Source: Promethearchaeota archaeon | GTDB lineage: Archaea > Asgardarchaeota > Lokiarchaeia > Sigyniarchaeales > SOKP01 | Direction of reading: 5' to 3' | Length of the DNA: 64,000 nucleotides | NCBI GenBank assembly: GCA_030599585.1 | Contig: JAUVNS010000019.1 | Location: 1-64,000 of the forward strand | Part shown: positions 39,001 to 54,000 of the stretch, piece after piece | Position numbering within the stretch: the stretch's first letter is position 1 | How the letters are laid out: each line of letters starts with the position of its first letter | Translations under genes and position numbers: made by a program | The notes under the pieces: model-generated | Told to the model about the DNA's origin: nothing | The model's database searches: none | What the model saw: only the letters and a program-made list of their open reading frames with translations

Positions 39001-42000
39001 ACATAGATTCGTCGAACACGCGAGCGAAATCAGCTATTAAATCTTGATTAAAGGACACGTTGAACGATACTACTCCAAATTCGTTTGTTATTTGGTAATC
39101 CCAAATATAACTGGAATAGAAACCGTATTCTCCCGAATCGGGATCTTTGTATTCCCACAGCTCAGGGCGAGTAAGCATCCGAGAAGTGCCTGCTTGCATT
39201 ACTCCCGGACCAAAACACGTTTCAGAACCCTCGTCTGAGAAAAAGGCGTTTCCTAACGCTTCAGAATCTATATATTCTCCGCTTTCGGTTTCCCAGTCGA
39301 TCGTTTTAAAGTTTAATCCCGCTTTAGGTTTAATTCCAACTTCCAACCACACGAGGTTGTTGGCTATTGCTTTTCCTTCGACGTCTTGGAGCCTAAACTT
39401 AAAGTCGTAGGAGTCTGTTATTGTTTTTTGGTAATTTAAAGCGGTATACGGTTCGCCTTCGTGTAAAGTTTCGTAAAGATTTGTGGTAGTATAATATTGT
39501 CTCGATGGAATAATCACTCCATTGTCAACGCTGGTGGTGTATTCGGTAGGAACGTATTCTATTGAGCTCGTTTTACCTAACACTGTAATAGTAAACAGTT
39601 CGTAAATGTCTTGCGTTGTGTTGTAAACGCTGTTATAACTCGAATACTCAACTTCTAAGTGCTCGTTGTTGTAATTCGTCAAATTATTAGGTAAGTAACC
39701 AAGTCGAGCAATTATTACCTCTCCTAAGGGTAATTGTAAACCTCCCTCGCCTAAGAAGAAACTTTCGTCGAAATCGCCTAAGATTCCAAGTGGTATTTTT
39801 TTAATTGGTTTCCAAATACCGTCTTCGTCTAAAAATTCCAATATTAAATGACTCGCTAAATTAACTTCTTCGGTCAAATATCCTTCGTATTCGATGTAAT
39901 ATGAAAATTGTTCGCTAATAGAATAATATTGATCTATCGAAGTGTTAAAAGCGTAAAAAATTACTTTATTTCGATTAGTTCCGATCAAGTCGTAATCTGT
40001 TCCTTCAACCATCTGAACTTTAATCTCGTGCTCTCCAAACCTAACAAACACGCTCGAATCGAAACTATCTATTGAGTAATGATTTAATTTAAGCACCGGA
40101 ATAAATGTATATTCGAAAATTACATCGACCGATCCTGTACCGGTGTAAGTGAAATTAAGAGCGTCAATTCCCGCCATGTTTACGATTTCGTAATGGAAGT
40201 TCGCCGGGTCCAAAATCTCGTACGCGCTTCCCGTGTCTTTCCACACTTTTACTAAGTCAATAATTCCTGATCCGATGGACGAATTATCTAATATGTAGTT
40301 AGGCGATACATCTGAAATTTGACCTGCGATCAAAGAACTATTTTCTGTTTGAATGTTTAATAAGTTAATCGGCTCTTTAAACGTTGAACGATCTACCCAT
40401 TCAAATGTCCCGTAATCAAAGACTCGGAAATCGACTGGAGTTAAAGCGTCTTCTGCGTCTACGAAGGATACGGGAGTGATTTTCTTTCCCTGCATAACTC
40501 GGTAAGTTAGTAATAATTCAGTATCGTAGGCTATAAGGTGATCGTAATCAGAAGTCCAATTAACTATTAGCATAAATTTATTGGGGTGATCAATCATGTG
40601 ATAAGCGTAGTAACTTATCCAACACCCTTCTATTACGTTCGTAGCGTAATTAAATTCTTGTCCGTCTACAATCTCGAAAAGGTTCGTTATTTTGTTTTTG
40701 TTTTCTCTATCGATAAACTCAAGCTTGAAATTGTCGATATCTATAAAGTCGGAATCGCCAATTAGCCCGTGAAGATCGATCTCGTATTCGCTGAGGGTGA
40801 ATTCTCCTACGGGGTCGGTCGCTTTATATTCGATAACTTCTCGGTTTCTGTAATATGTCTTTGAATCTAAAATTGACCCGCTTAAGCTTAGATCGGAGTT
40901 AAATTTTTCTACAAATTCTGATATGAGCGTAAAACTATAATCTTCGTTAAATATAACCTCTCTTTCGTTCCAGAGATTTATCTTCGACAACGTTTCAGGA
41001 ACTAAATCTATTAATATTTCTTGAGTAGAATTAACTTGTTTTTCGACGTCGAAAGGTAAAAACATAAACTTTACGGAATAATCAGGTGAAATATCTTCTA
41101 TTAAAGTAAATCTGCAATAATATTTGTTAACGCTGTCGTCCCAATCCATAAACGATAAGCCTAATAAAGTGTCAGAAAGGGTGTCGTACATGCCCATTAA
41201 TGGCGTAGTGTATTCGTAAAGCGGATTAAGTTCGGTAGCGTATTTAAGATTGAAATAGACGTCAATAGAATCGGCAAACGATAGTAAGTTGTTTCCGGTA
41301 AAGTTTAATTGTTGTTTATCGCTATCGAAAACTGTAAAATTGGTCAATTCAGTATTGTATTTTTCTATTTCGATTGAACTTCCAATAACGTTATAATCGT
41401 ATCCAAATTCGCTGAAAAAGGCTGTTAATTGAGAATCATTTGACAATAAATCGTAGACCGAAATTTCAGACACGCCAAAAATTTGGTATGGGTAATTTAT
41501 TACGGTAAATTCCAAATCTGGATCGTACATTGATAGACTACCTGGCCAAACAGGAGCGTCAACAACAATGAAAGTTATTGCCATGAGAGTCGAAATGTCA
41601 AACGGAACTTTTATGTTTGAAGCAGCTAACTTAACAAAATCTACGTAGATTGGTATTTCTAACATTTCTGAAAGTCCGGGGATCACTCTTTTATAGAGGC
41701 TGGCGTTTTGGTAGTATTTATCTAAGTCGAGAGCGTCCAATCGATAATAAAAGACGTTGTTCTCGAAATCTCTAAATTCTATGTCTAAGGTTTCAATAGT
41801 GCCGTGAGTGGAATAAATGTTAGGTATTAACAATTCGAAATACATACCGTTGGAATCGGGATTCTTAAGCACATCTGCGTAATCTGAGCCGTAATAGACA
41901 ACAATTATCTCGTTATCTTTTACGTTAAGTTGATCTAAGTCGATATTCCAAGATATCGTGCCGTTGGTGGCAACGCTGTATTCAGAGCTATTAAAGGCGT

Positions 42001-45000
42001 ATCGATCCTCGAAATTTTCGAGTTGTGCGTCCCATTTGTAGCAATACATTTCTTGAAGGCTAAGAAAATCGTTCATAATAAAACCTTCTTTTTCTGGGAT
42101 GTATAGAATGTCGGATTTAAGCTCTTGTAGGTTGAATCTTAACCCGAGCGGTTCTTCTTGAGAGGCGTGCTTGGCAAACGCGTAGTAATCTTCTCCAACA
42201 GAATCCCAATTGAGCTTGCGATCAATCTCGTAGTTCGCATATAGCTGGTTTTTAAACATGTTATCCGAGCGCAAAACTAAATCGTATAAGCTGTCAAGCA
42301 CGATCTGGTAGGATTGGGTCGTCTCGTTCCAAAGAGTGGTTTTAATAAAGAAATTGCCTGATTTAAGCTGAATTTCTTTGTTTTTTAGCTCGCTATTGTC
42401 AGGACCTATTAAAGTAAAATTAACAATATCTCCTAATCCTGAGTATAATCTATTAACGTCAATTAAGTTGTCTTCAAATTGGATCGTAACCTCGTTTGAC
42501 ACTAAAATTTTAGGAATACCTCCGTCGTACGAGTAGGAATCTCCTAAATAGCTGGAGTTGGTAATGGAGTTTCCTGCGGCGTCGGTGAGCCTTACTTCAA
42601 TTACATAATAATAAAGGGAGTGATCTTCGTATCCTGAAACTGGTATACCTAGATCAAACAATTCGTCGAAATTATCGCTTAAGGCGAGAAATCCCGATTG
42701 ATATGCTAAATTATCGTTGTGATCGAACACCTTTACCTGATATTCTTCGGTAATAGGTTCGTTATAATAGTAATCGTTGTGGTTTATTATGCTCGCTAGG
42801 TTATCGTTGCTATTTACGTCAATTAAAGTCCAAGGAGCAGCAAAATTGTTTAAGGAATAATCGGTTTGCCCGTCTCCAATTGCAATCGTAGAAGTAGGAG
42901 CTTCAAAGTCTAGTACGCAATTATAGGAAATATTTTTCTTGGTTCCAAAATCAACGTCGCTCAATTCTACAATTAGCGTGAAATTATCTCCCGAAACTAA
43001 AGAACCGCTGAAAAACGATTGAATGTTCGTCCAATTATACAAAAATTTATTGATTGTGTTTTCAACTGTAGTAAAGTCTCCAATTTTTGTGGCGTTTGTA
43101 GTGGGAGAAGAACCTCCGCTAATTGAAGATGGCCATTGAACTACGTCGTAAGTAATTACCTTTTCTTGACCGTGATCGCATTCTGTAAAAGTAATTTCGT
43201 TAGCTGCCGTGAGTCTGTAATCGGTTGCGCCTCTAGGGAAATAAGTTCCTCCGCCATCGGTGCTACACTGCGCAAAAATACTCGTAGAGTCCATATTGCT
43301 CACTGTAGTAATAGTCTCAGTCCATGTATGCTCTTCTGAAGCGCCTCCGTCGTTCAAGAAAAAGTCTCCGTGTTCAACTACCATGGAATCGGCTGTAGAT
43401 TCTATAATCCAAATCACTTTATTTCTAACTCCTGCCGTATCTTTATTTCTAATCCGCAATTGCGTATTACTAATTAAGTCGATGTTGTCGCCTGCATCGT
43501 TTAGTCCCGCTGCGCTGTCAAACCTAAATTGTTGGTGAATAAACGCTCGCGAATAATTAGTAAGAGCATATCCTCCAACGCTAGTAATTAATACGTCTGT
43601 ATGACCCACTCCAGTTTCTGTGACCCACACAGTCGCTTCGTTAGAAACATCTAAGCGTTGTACATCTTTCCAATTAGATCCAGCAAATTCGACCACTGCG
43701 TAGCTTACTCCATCGTTACTCGCAACACTTTGACCGCGAGTAAACCTAGGTGTGTAAGGGCCACTACCTTCTAGAGAAGCTGTGAACAATCCATACTGAA
43801 CATTAGTAGCGCTTGAGGCGACTCCATATTGTCCCGTAATAAACACAACTACTTTATTAGAATCAGAAATTGTTGAGATAGAAGCGCCGTCAGCGTAAGA
43901 AGTGGTGCCAGAACACGTTGTGATGTCTACATCTCTCACAATAATTTCGTTGTCTCCACTTGAACCAATATATTGTAAAATTTCCCAAGTAACTCTACAA
44001 TCAAGATCAGTTCCTGCTCTTTGGAAGGTAATAGAAGTTGCGATGTTGTCAGGATTTTGGATTCTTACTGCCCAATTGTCGAGTTCTGAAACGGTTGCCG
44101 AATTTCTTCCGCCACTGGTTTGACCCATTCCCGTAAGCCGAGTGTTCGTAAGTCGAATAAAGCAAGTAGTAGAATCTTGTCCCGATTCCAAAGTATAATC
44201 TACACCTTCGGTAATCGTAATTGTTGTTGAAGAAGCACTAATCACGGCGGTTCCTCGTATAACCTTAAAACTATCTCCACTTCCTCCACCCTCTCCTCCT
44301 GATTCGATAGAAGAGAAAAGCGAAGCGCCATCCACGTTGCTCGATGTTGTCAAGTCTAAAATTTTATCTTCTCCAAGAATTATGGTTTTGTTCATGTTGT
44401 ACTCGTTATAATACAAAAAGCCCTCTAAATCGGTGGATGTAAAGCACACGTCCGATATATGTTCGACAAAATATACTCGGGAATCTGAAGTGGTGTTAAA
44501 TATGTCGTCGTCGTTAGAATCGTATAAGTAAGAGAATTGGTATTTAATAAAAGCCCTGTCGTTGTTGTCAATATTTTCTAAGAACCCTCCGGAAAACCCT
44601 ATGTCTTGCTCGGAGTCGCCGTTAATATCTCCAATAAAAATAGACGAATTCTCTCCTAAAACCTTTGGAGTGATCAGTTCCTTATTAATCGTAGTTATTT
44701 TTGCTCTTACATCCCACTTAGTAACTTCTACTGTGGCGTGTATGCTAAACATAGCGTCGTAAGCGTATTGGATAATACCTTTAAGCTCCCATTCGTAGCT
44801 TAAGAAAAAGTCTACGAAATATTTACCAAATTTATATTGAATAAAATCGTATAAATCATCTTCGTTCGTGTGTTTTATGTAATACTTACCGTTTGATTTG
44901 TCTATATCGTGTTTGGTACCATATTTATCGACAATATACACAGAAACGTAATTAGAATAAAGCGTGTAGTTATTGAACATCTCGTTAACATCAACTCCAT

Positions 45001-48000
45001 CTACAGGAGCGTCTGATATATACACGTTCCTCTCCCAATCGAGGTCAAAACTGAGTTCGTTAATGTGGGCTGTTACGCTTTCGTCACCGTCTGGATGAAT
45101 AACATCGGTAATGTCTGCCGAGAAAGTAAGTTGAGGATTAAGCGAAATTACGCTATCAATTGGGTTGTAAAACATTTGAACGGTCAATTCTTCTATGTCA
45201 AAAAAGGTTTTGGTAGAATATTCGTCGCCAAAATAGTTTTGATCTATTTTAAATCGATACTTCAGTTGATATATGAAATTGTCTTCCGTAAGTCCATCAA
45301 AGTTAATGAAATCTACGGAAACGCGATCGATAAAATAAGCGAAAGTTCTGGCGTCGTTATCGTTGAGATCGTATACCACGTAAGGGACGGATATCCAAAC
45401 ATCGTTAAAATAATCGTAAAATTCAAGTTCGAGTAAATTAACGTCTTTATACAGCTTGTTGCTTAATTTTTTGTACATGTCTTGGCTATCAGTAGTACCA
45501 AAGAACCAACTTCGGATTTGCGGTATTTCGGTAAACTTCACTACTAAGGATACTGCCTCAATCCTCTGATCTGCGGAAACCGAAAAATTGTGAAGAAATG
45601 GTTGGGTGTCAACGTATTCGTCTTTCTCCCAACTGTCGTAAATGTAAGACAAGTCAACGTTTAATATCGTATCAGGCGTAATTTCTGTATACAGAACAGA
45701 ATCTACAAATATTTTGTCTCCAGCTATATGATAGTAATCAGTAGAAAGGACGATTTTGTTCTGATCGTTTTCAGAATCAATGACTTTGACCCTATCTACG
45801 CTAAATGGAGCGTTCAAATGTTCAAAGCCAAACACATAATACACTCCTTGCTTGATCTCCTCAAAAGTAAGAGGAATATTTATCTCCCGACTATCCACTA
45901 GGCTCGGTGGGTTGTTAAACTCTAAATTAGCGTAAAAAAGGTCGTATTCTTCGCTACTTTCAATTATTAAATCGTTTATATTATCTGTCGAATCGGAGAA
46001 TAGATAAAGCCTATCAATAACGAAATCTACCGGTGTGGCGCTTTGGTTGTTGATTATCCTTAATTGAAGGCGAGATTCGAGTAAAGTGGGGGAGAAAGAA
46101 ATCTTAAACGTAGTTTCGGTAGTGGAACTTAGCGTAGCTAAGTGGTGATATCCAGAATCGTCTCCGTATAGCAACCAGAAATTAGAATCGTCGGACTCAA
46201 AAGTAATTCCGAGCCAATATTGTTCCACTCCAGTAGTTTCTTGTTCAGGAATAATTTGAGAATCAACCTGTAAAAGATCGATCTCAATTTTAAAGCGACC
46301 ATTTTCGATCGTCTCTGGGGTATCGTCTAAGACTAAAGTGGCGTTTGTCCCCAAAAATTTAAGGAGAATCTCGTTCTCTTGACTGTAAAAAGCATTATTT
46401 AACGTAAAAGTTTGTTCAGTAAAAGATTTAGACACTCCGCTCTCTAGCGTAAACCACGCTTCTGTGTTATAATTATATATGCTAAACGCAATAGACTGCG
46501 ATATATTCGTCCGATACGCGTATTTAAGAACTTTTGTTTCCAAATTAGTATTAAGTTTAATTTTCGAAGTAAACGAAGCGGTGTGATTTTCGTAATATAC
46601 CTTTAATTGATCCAGTTCAAACTCGAATGCGGTCTGAGCAGTATTAGATCCTTTAAATCGCACGATAATGTTATATTCCGAATCAAAATAATTATTGTTA
46701 ATATCTTTTGTTAATTCTGCGGAAAAGCTTCTAGTGCCGTCAATGTTCTCCCACGATTCGGTGTTGTAATTCCAAATATCGAAGCCAAAGGTACTAGCGT
46801 CCGCGCTAGTTGAATACGCGTAATAAAGCTTAATATCTTCGGCATATAACGCGTCTGAAGTTAAGGTTATTTTAGATGCAGCCTCGATTCTGACTTCGAG
46901 AACTTCCGCGTATGTTATTTCAACGGACACCATATCAACTTGTACATCACCCGCAACAAACCCGAATATTAAGTTTTTAGCGACAAGAGCTACTTCTAAA
47001 CTATCAACAGCACTATCGTCTAGTCCGAGATCAGTCCACTCTACGTTAAATGATTGATAAGTCGTGGTGAGACCTGAGACCAGCTTCTCTGAAGAATAAC
47101 CAGTTCCGTCGTGAAACTTTACGAATAATCCAACGGAAGCGTCAGATACGGTCTTAAGCGCGCGAAGTGTAATTTTTACTTTGTATGCTAAATACCCAGA
47201 GCTAAGAGCTACATCGGTATACCTATGGCGATCTATTTTGTAAGGCGACACTGCTCCCTCGGAAGAGATGTAATCACTATCTGCGCTTTGAATTCTATCG
47301 TAATGGTCTCCCGATTCGTCCCATTGTAGTGGCGAACTATCCAAATTAGGAGTAAGAGTTGTTGTAGAGGGTGTTCCGAAGATATATCTGCTGGTAAAAG
47401 TGCTGAGATCGTCGTCTTTAAACTCTAAGTCGCCTGCTTTATCCGATTCGCCTTCGGCGTAAGTTAAAGCGGACACTTCCAAAAGTTTAAGGTAATAAAT
47501 TCTCGAAGAAAAACTAGTAAATTGATCTGATGCTATAAAATTAATAGTGTCAACATCTGCAATTATAAGACTGTCAAAATTAATTGTCGAGCCAGTGGCA
47601 AAAACATTGTTATTGACGTAAAGAGTACCGGAGATACCGTTAGTATTTTCTAGGTGGCAACTTAAGTAGTAATCCTTACCGGTAATAGAGGGATCGAAAT
47701 CAAAAATGATATTTACCAGTTGTCCTCCTAGAATCGTTTCTGAATTAATATAAACGTAATTACTATCGTCCGCGTAAGTGTTCGATATGTCTCCTGTTAC
47801 CGAAGAACCGTAGTTTACCGTAATGTCGTCTATATTCTGAATGGTTTCGCTTTGAGTCTGGCTTGGTACGTATTTATAATAATCAGAATTTGCGACCACG
47901 GTCGAATAATTATCGTCTAGAAGATTAAAGTCTCCGTTGTAAATTGCATCGCCTTCGGAAATAACGAAATCCTCAGATTGGCGGGGCACATCTGGACCGT

Positions 48001-51000
48001 TAAATATGTAGTCTAACCCAACACCTGAAGTAGCTTCGGAAGTCAAGGTTAAATAATCGTTGTCGTCGTCGATTACGCTAGAAAGGTCTCCTGTGTGGGT
48101 GCCTTGTTGCTGAGACAAACTATTGAATTCTTTAAGGCTTCCGTATCGGTAATTTTGAGAATTAATTAACGCAAGACCAGTTAGGTCATCGTAACCATAT
48201 AATTCTGTAATATCGGCAAAATGGGGATTATGCATGAAATCGGAAGTCATGTTAACGAATTGAACGCCTTTTTTCGAGGAAGAGAGCTCGATCATGTCGA
48301 TAGAAGGACGCTCGTCTTGTAAATCCGCGTCAATTTCGGCGTTTAACACTTCCAGAGCAAATTGACCGTGTAATCGCTTTCCTCTGTGGATTCCTTTAAA
48401 ATCTGCCGTAATATTTATTAGAAGTTCTTTTCCCTCTCCAAAACACTCAAAAAGTTTTTGTAAATCTAGACCGGACCCTTTAAGATCAATATCGAGGTTA
48501 TACGTGTCGTATCGATAGAAAACTTGAGCGTAATCTTCGAGATGGAGCGTTCCGAAATAAGTATTACTCCCCGAAACTCGTTGATAAAAGTCTAAATTAA
48601 CGTCGTAATCGCTCGAAGATAAAATGTTTGTAACGCTTTCCTTTCCTACAAAACCGCAGGAAAAGTTAAGAATTAAATTTAACCCTAAAAATATCGAATT
48701 TTCGGTTTCTGCTATTGCAAACGGAAATTTCATGGCGCTGTGTTGTAAGAGGTTAATTTTTTCTTCGCGATTATTGTTATCGTTATTATATATCTCGTGA
48801 ACAACTGCCCTGATGTTAGTATATGGGCTTAAATTAATTGATTCTGAAAATTCTATGTAATCGATCGAATTGTCAGAGTTCAAGTGAACGAAATAAGGTT
48901 CTTCGCTATAGAAAGAGTAATCTTGCTCGAAATTCTTAGTGAAATAGTCAATTGAACCGTCGCTTTTTACGCCAATTACGTTCTCTACTATTGTTACGTT
49001 CTCAAAGTTCCCGTTAGGTTCGTAGTCCTTACCCCCTATTGGCGTCAAATCGCTCCAAACTTCCATAGTAAAATTAAATTTCTCGTAATTTAAGATTGCA
49101 GTAAAAGGTAGATATAACCTACCCTCAGTTCTGTCAAACCTATAAAAATCGCTTCCGATTGGGTCTTCGGGAGTGGGGTCTACTAAAACAGACACCATTT
49201 TAGGATTTTCGTTAATACCGTACACGTTCACAATTCGAGCAATATCGTCGACAGATATAGATCCTAACTGTCCGTTCAGATCGATCCAAGGTTGCTGTAG
49301 AGACGCGGGTGCGTCAAATTCTTGCCCGTGTGCGATGTTAGATAGTTGAACGTTGCTATGGATAACATCTGAAGTTAAAAAGGTTCGAGCGTAAGAATTG
49401 TTGTATTTTAGTTCGGAGCTAACTGCCATTCTTCCTTTAGTATCAAAATTTTCGTCGTAGGTCACCTCCCAATTACCTTCGTTAAAAGTTCCAGGTATAA
49501 CGTAAGTAAGACCGAGTAAAGTCATATTAGCTTTCCCCCCAACAAAACTGAAGAAATTCTTCAGATCGTACCCTTCAATATCGTTCGAAATTTTAAAGAT
49601 AATCGTACAATTATCGCTTTCTTTGCCATCATTGTTGCCAAAATAGTAATTATGATCGTGAAGTCTTTGAACAGAATCGTATTGATCGTGATCGGTTACA
49701 GGTTCTTCCATAGGCCACACGAGCTTATCCTCAATATCGTTGTAAGCATAAGCAGTCCCGTAGTAGGACAACCAATTTTTGTTTAAGGTGTCGTATATTT
49801 TTAGGTTAGGGCGCCACGACCAAGAGTTAAAGTTAGCTACCGAGACGTTGTATTGCAATTTTACAATTATATCTGAAATTCCATCGATATTTTCGGGGGT
49901 AATTTCTGGAAAAGTAAGATTGAACGGCATAGCCGAAACAAATTCTTGTTCTTGCCACCAAGACGTTTCATAAGGGTAAGTGGTATCGGAGAGCCCTTTG
50001 CCCTCGGTATCTATTAATTGGGGCACAATTCTAAAGTCATTTATCTTATTTGTTGCAGAAATAGAATCTCCGTTTTTCGCAAAGTTTGGATAAGTAGCTT
50101 TCGAACCAAACCCAAAGCTAAGAGTGTTAGCTCCAAACGAACTATCAAATATTAAAGAGTTTATCGAACTAATCTGAGGTGCGATTGTTGTTAGCTTTTC
50201 TCCGTTAGAATTAAAGTTCGCATCGGAATCTAAAGAGATTTTATCGTATAAGTTATTTAAAACGTAGAATTCGTAGGAATCTGAAACGGGTAAGCCGTAT
50301 TCAGTATTTAGTAGTCTATCTTCAATAGTAACTGGCTCGTCAGAATAATCGATATTAAGAGTAAACCAATCTACATCTAACCAATTAACCCATGTATTTA
50401 AATAAAAGCCAATGTTTGAAGAATCAAGTTCTAAACTATCTGTATTCCTATAAATGTCGGTTAAGTCAAATTCGTTATCGCAATATATCATGGGGTAATC
50501 GGAGACAAGGTAAGAACCGGTATATACTTCCCAAAATTCTGATGGTATTTGAAAATTATCAAAAGACGATCTAATCTCGAACCTGTGCGCTAAGGAGGTA
50601 AAGAAATTGTTAGTAATTTCAAAGCCGGAAACTTCTTCCGATTCGCTTCCTCTAATTCTAAACTTATACGCAAATTCCATATCAGAAATATATTCACGAT
50701 TGGGAATCGACTCAAAAGAAAACGACAATTCGTTGCTCGGTTCCATAAAATTACTTCTTCGAACCCACTCGTCATCATAATACTTGGTTAAAGCAGGTAA
50801 ATTATATCCCTCCTCGGGATAGGCTTGACCGTTAATAACAACCCAATTGGCGTCGCTTACAGAATCTACAAAAAATGTCGAACTTTCTACTCCTTCAAGA
50901 GGGTTCATTTGATAGTATTGATACGCAGGATCGAAATCAGGACTGCTAGTAGAATAATCCGTATAAAAATCTATATCTGACCATAGCCGTAAATCTTCGA

Positions 51001-54000
51001 ATACGGAGTCAAAATCGTACAGATTTTCGTTAAAACAGTAAATAATTTCTCTGTCCGTAGATGCGGTCGAATAGGTAAGGTTGTTATTTGTTTCTCCGGC
51101 ACCAGATACGATTGCTGAATCCGTATAATCAAAGTCATCCCAGCTATCAATTTTGTGAAACACTTGATTTTTAATTTCTAGAACTATTATTTCTCCGCTA
51201 TCAATTGCGATTTCAGGATACAAATCAGTAATTACTCCTGGTAAAGAAAAACTCGAAATTTCGCTTCCATCAATGAAGAATTTCCACGTAGGTATATCGT
51301 TTACCTTTTCACGAGTGATCTCCGCTAAGTGAGTCCCTTCTTCAAGTTGGGCTGCGTCGTAAGAATAGAAATTAGACCCCCCTATCTTAAATTTTACCGT
51401 TGTTGGACTAGTAGGGAGTTTGTTAAAGGTAAATGAGGCTCGATATTTCGCGTTGTCTGAATTATCGATATAATCTAATTGAGGATATGTTTTTGCTCGG
51501 TCGTTAAGCGAAATCTTTCCAGATTTTAATAACACTCCGCCGTTTTCTGCTTCTTCGACATTTCCTAACCCTCCTAAATCTAAGTTTATGTCGTTTAAGT
51601 TGTCTTTATCGGTTAACACAACGCATTGAAATTGCCTAAGAATAAGCTCAGAGGCACCTGTGGACCCATCTAATAATTTTAAAGTATCGCCTGTGTATCC
51701 TTGTAGTTTTACAGTAAAAGTAATTTTTCCATCTGAGACAAAGGAATTACTCAATTCCGATTTGTCAACCTTAAGGTAATCGTAATTGTAATCGTGTTCT
51801 TCGGATACGTCGTCGTTTGGATAGAAAGGGGTTTTTTGTTCGTATAAAAACTTAAATACGTCGTTCTCGTCTTGAGTGAAAAGACCTTCGCTAATGTATT
51901 CTGAATCGTATATGAAATTGGCTTCCAAGGCAGCATTACTGGGTTTTAAATACTTATTGCCGTATGTGCCATAGTCTATTGCCGTGGAATATATCGATTC
52001 TCCAAAATTAATCGTTTTATATTTCACTAACTCTTTAGTAGCGTGATTTAAATCTAGGTTTGTGGTTTCAAAACTTTGTCCAAAATTAGTGTTATCTAAA
52101 GAGATGAAAATGTTGTCTTCTTCTCCAACATCAAAATTGTCAAACGATTGTTCTCCAGGAATAGGATATAAAACATGCCCAAACGAAGTAGATATCAAAA
52201 TACCTTGAATGGACTCAGCGTCCTCATTATGATCTAGTTGAAATTCAACTTTTAGGTATAAATCATCACCTGCGTTATCTTTTTCTTTCCAAACGCTCAT
52301 GGTGTAATCTTTTTGAGTTAATGCGTCTTCAAAACTTGATGCTGAAGGATCGTAGCTACTTCCGTCTTGATCGATAAACGTAACATCACTTATTGTTGGT
52401 TTATACGCTGCAACGTTGTCGATCCCGAATATTGACCCCATTTCTGCGGTTAACGCCGAATAATCGATGAGATCTTGTCGCATGTCGACAGTGGTAGATA
52501 AAGTTAAGTTTTCTGCCCATACAGAATCAATATACGAATTTTCGTACAAACTTTGGAAATCGTCAGGGCGGTTAAAATCTTGACCCGTTTCGAATTGGGC
52601 TAAATCAGAACTCATAGAAACTTCTAATCCTGAGGTGGAAATCGTACCGTAATCCATTCGGTTGTTCCCAAACTCAGTGAGCAAGGATAAGTCAGACACA
52701 GAATTAATTCCGCTCTTCCAAAAATCGCCTTCAGATAGAATATATGGATGTCCCGTGGTAACATCGTTAAATTGATAGTTCCAATCTTCGTATTGGGTTC
52801 CGTAATAGAAAGTCCAATGGTTAAGATCGTTTGGATTAAGTAATTGAAACGCAAGGTTATCTGCTTTTATTTGAGAGTTTTTAGCAGCTATATTACTTAC
52901 GTGTTCGTATTCTGCCGTGTTATATTGAGCCGATAATAGCCCGGAAGCTTCCGCTATACTGGCTTCGTAGAAATACCTTACCTCGAAGTACTCATCGGCG
53001 GCGTTTTCCCAGTGCCACTCGTTTTTGTAGCATATAAGTTGTTTCTTATCGCCGCTAATCTTATAACCAGACGGATTTATTTCTCTTAACGAGTCGTATA
53101 TATAAGCACCACCTCCAGTGGCGTAATCTCGATATTTATCGAATTCGTACACGTTGATAACTTCTATTGCGGGATAGTTCGATAATGGAACTAAAGCCGT
53201 ATCGGTATCGTCAGGTAATTGGTATTCAAACATATCCCAGCTTCTAAACGTGTCAACTGCGTAAAATACTGGAGTTGCAGAAAGTGATATCACGCCTGTA
53301 TCTATGGTAGTTTTCCAAAGTCCTTGAGAGGAGGATATAAGAACCGATTCTAAGTAATCTTCTTTAGAATTAACGATTTGGAAAATTCTAAAGTCGTAGA
53401 TTTCGGACGCAAAAGATTCTAACCCCGTATCAAGGGAAAATTCGGTTTTATACCAGTTGTCTGTAGAGGTATCTAATATGTAATAAAATACTTTATCGTT
53501 TTCGTTGTATGACTTCATAGAAACGCCAACAACTACGACTTCTCCAATCTCACACATAAACGAGTTTATTTCTATAATTGCTCCCTTTATTGCGGTTTCA
53601 AAAATTATCAGCGAAGTTGGTGTTAAGTCTTTATTAATGGAATACATCGACGAGTTAATTATTCCGTTAAACGAAGGGTTAATAGTTCCAAAATACAGCT
53701 TATCGCCAATAAGGCGCATTGTACTATGAACTTTCTGACCGTATATCTGGGTGGCGTCGCTCACTTGAGTTTTCGTTAAGGAAGCATCAAAATCAAGTTG
53801 CGCAACGTAGTTGACTTCGTTAGAGGAATTACTAACGCTCACATACATGGTAAAGGATTGGTCGCTCGTGAAATCTAGTAAAAAGTCTTTGAAAATCGCG
53901 TCAGGAAGTGGTTCGGGTAAAGTAATACTAGAAACCGTTGTTGTTTGATTTAAATAATACGATAAAGACGAACTATTGTAAATATAGAAAGAAATTGCAT

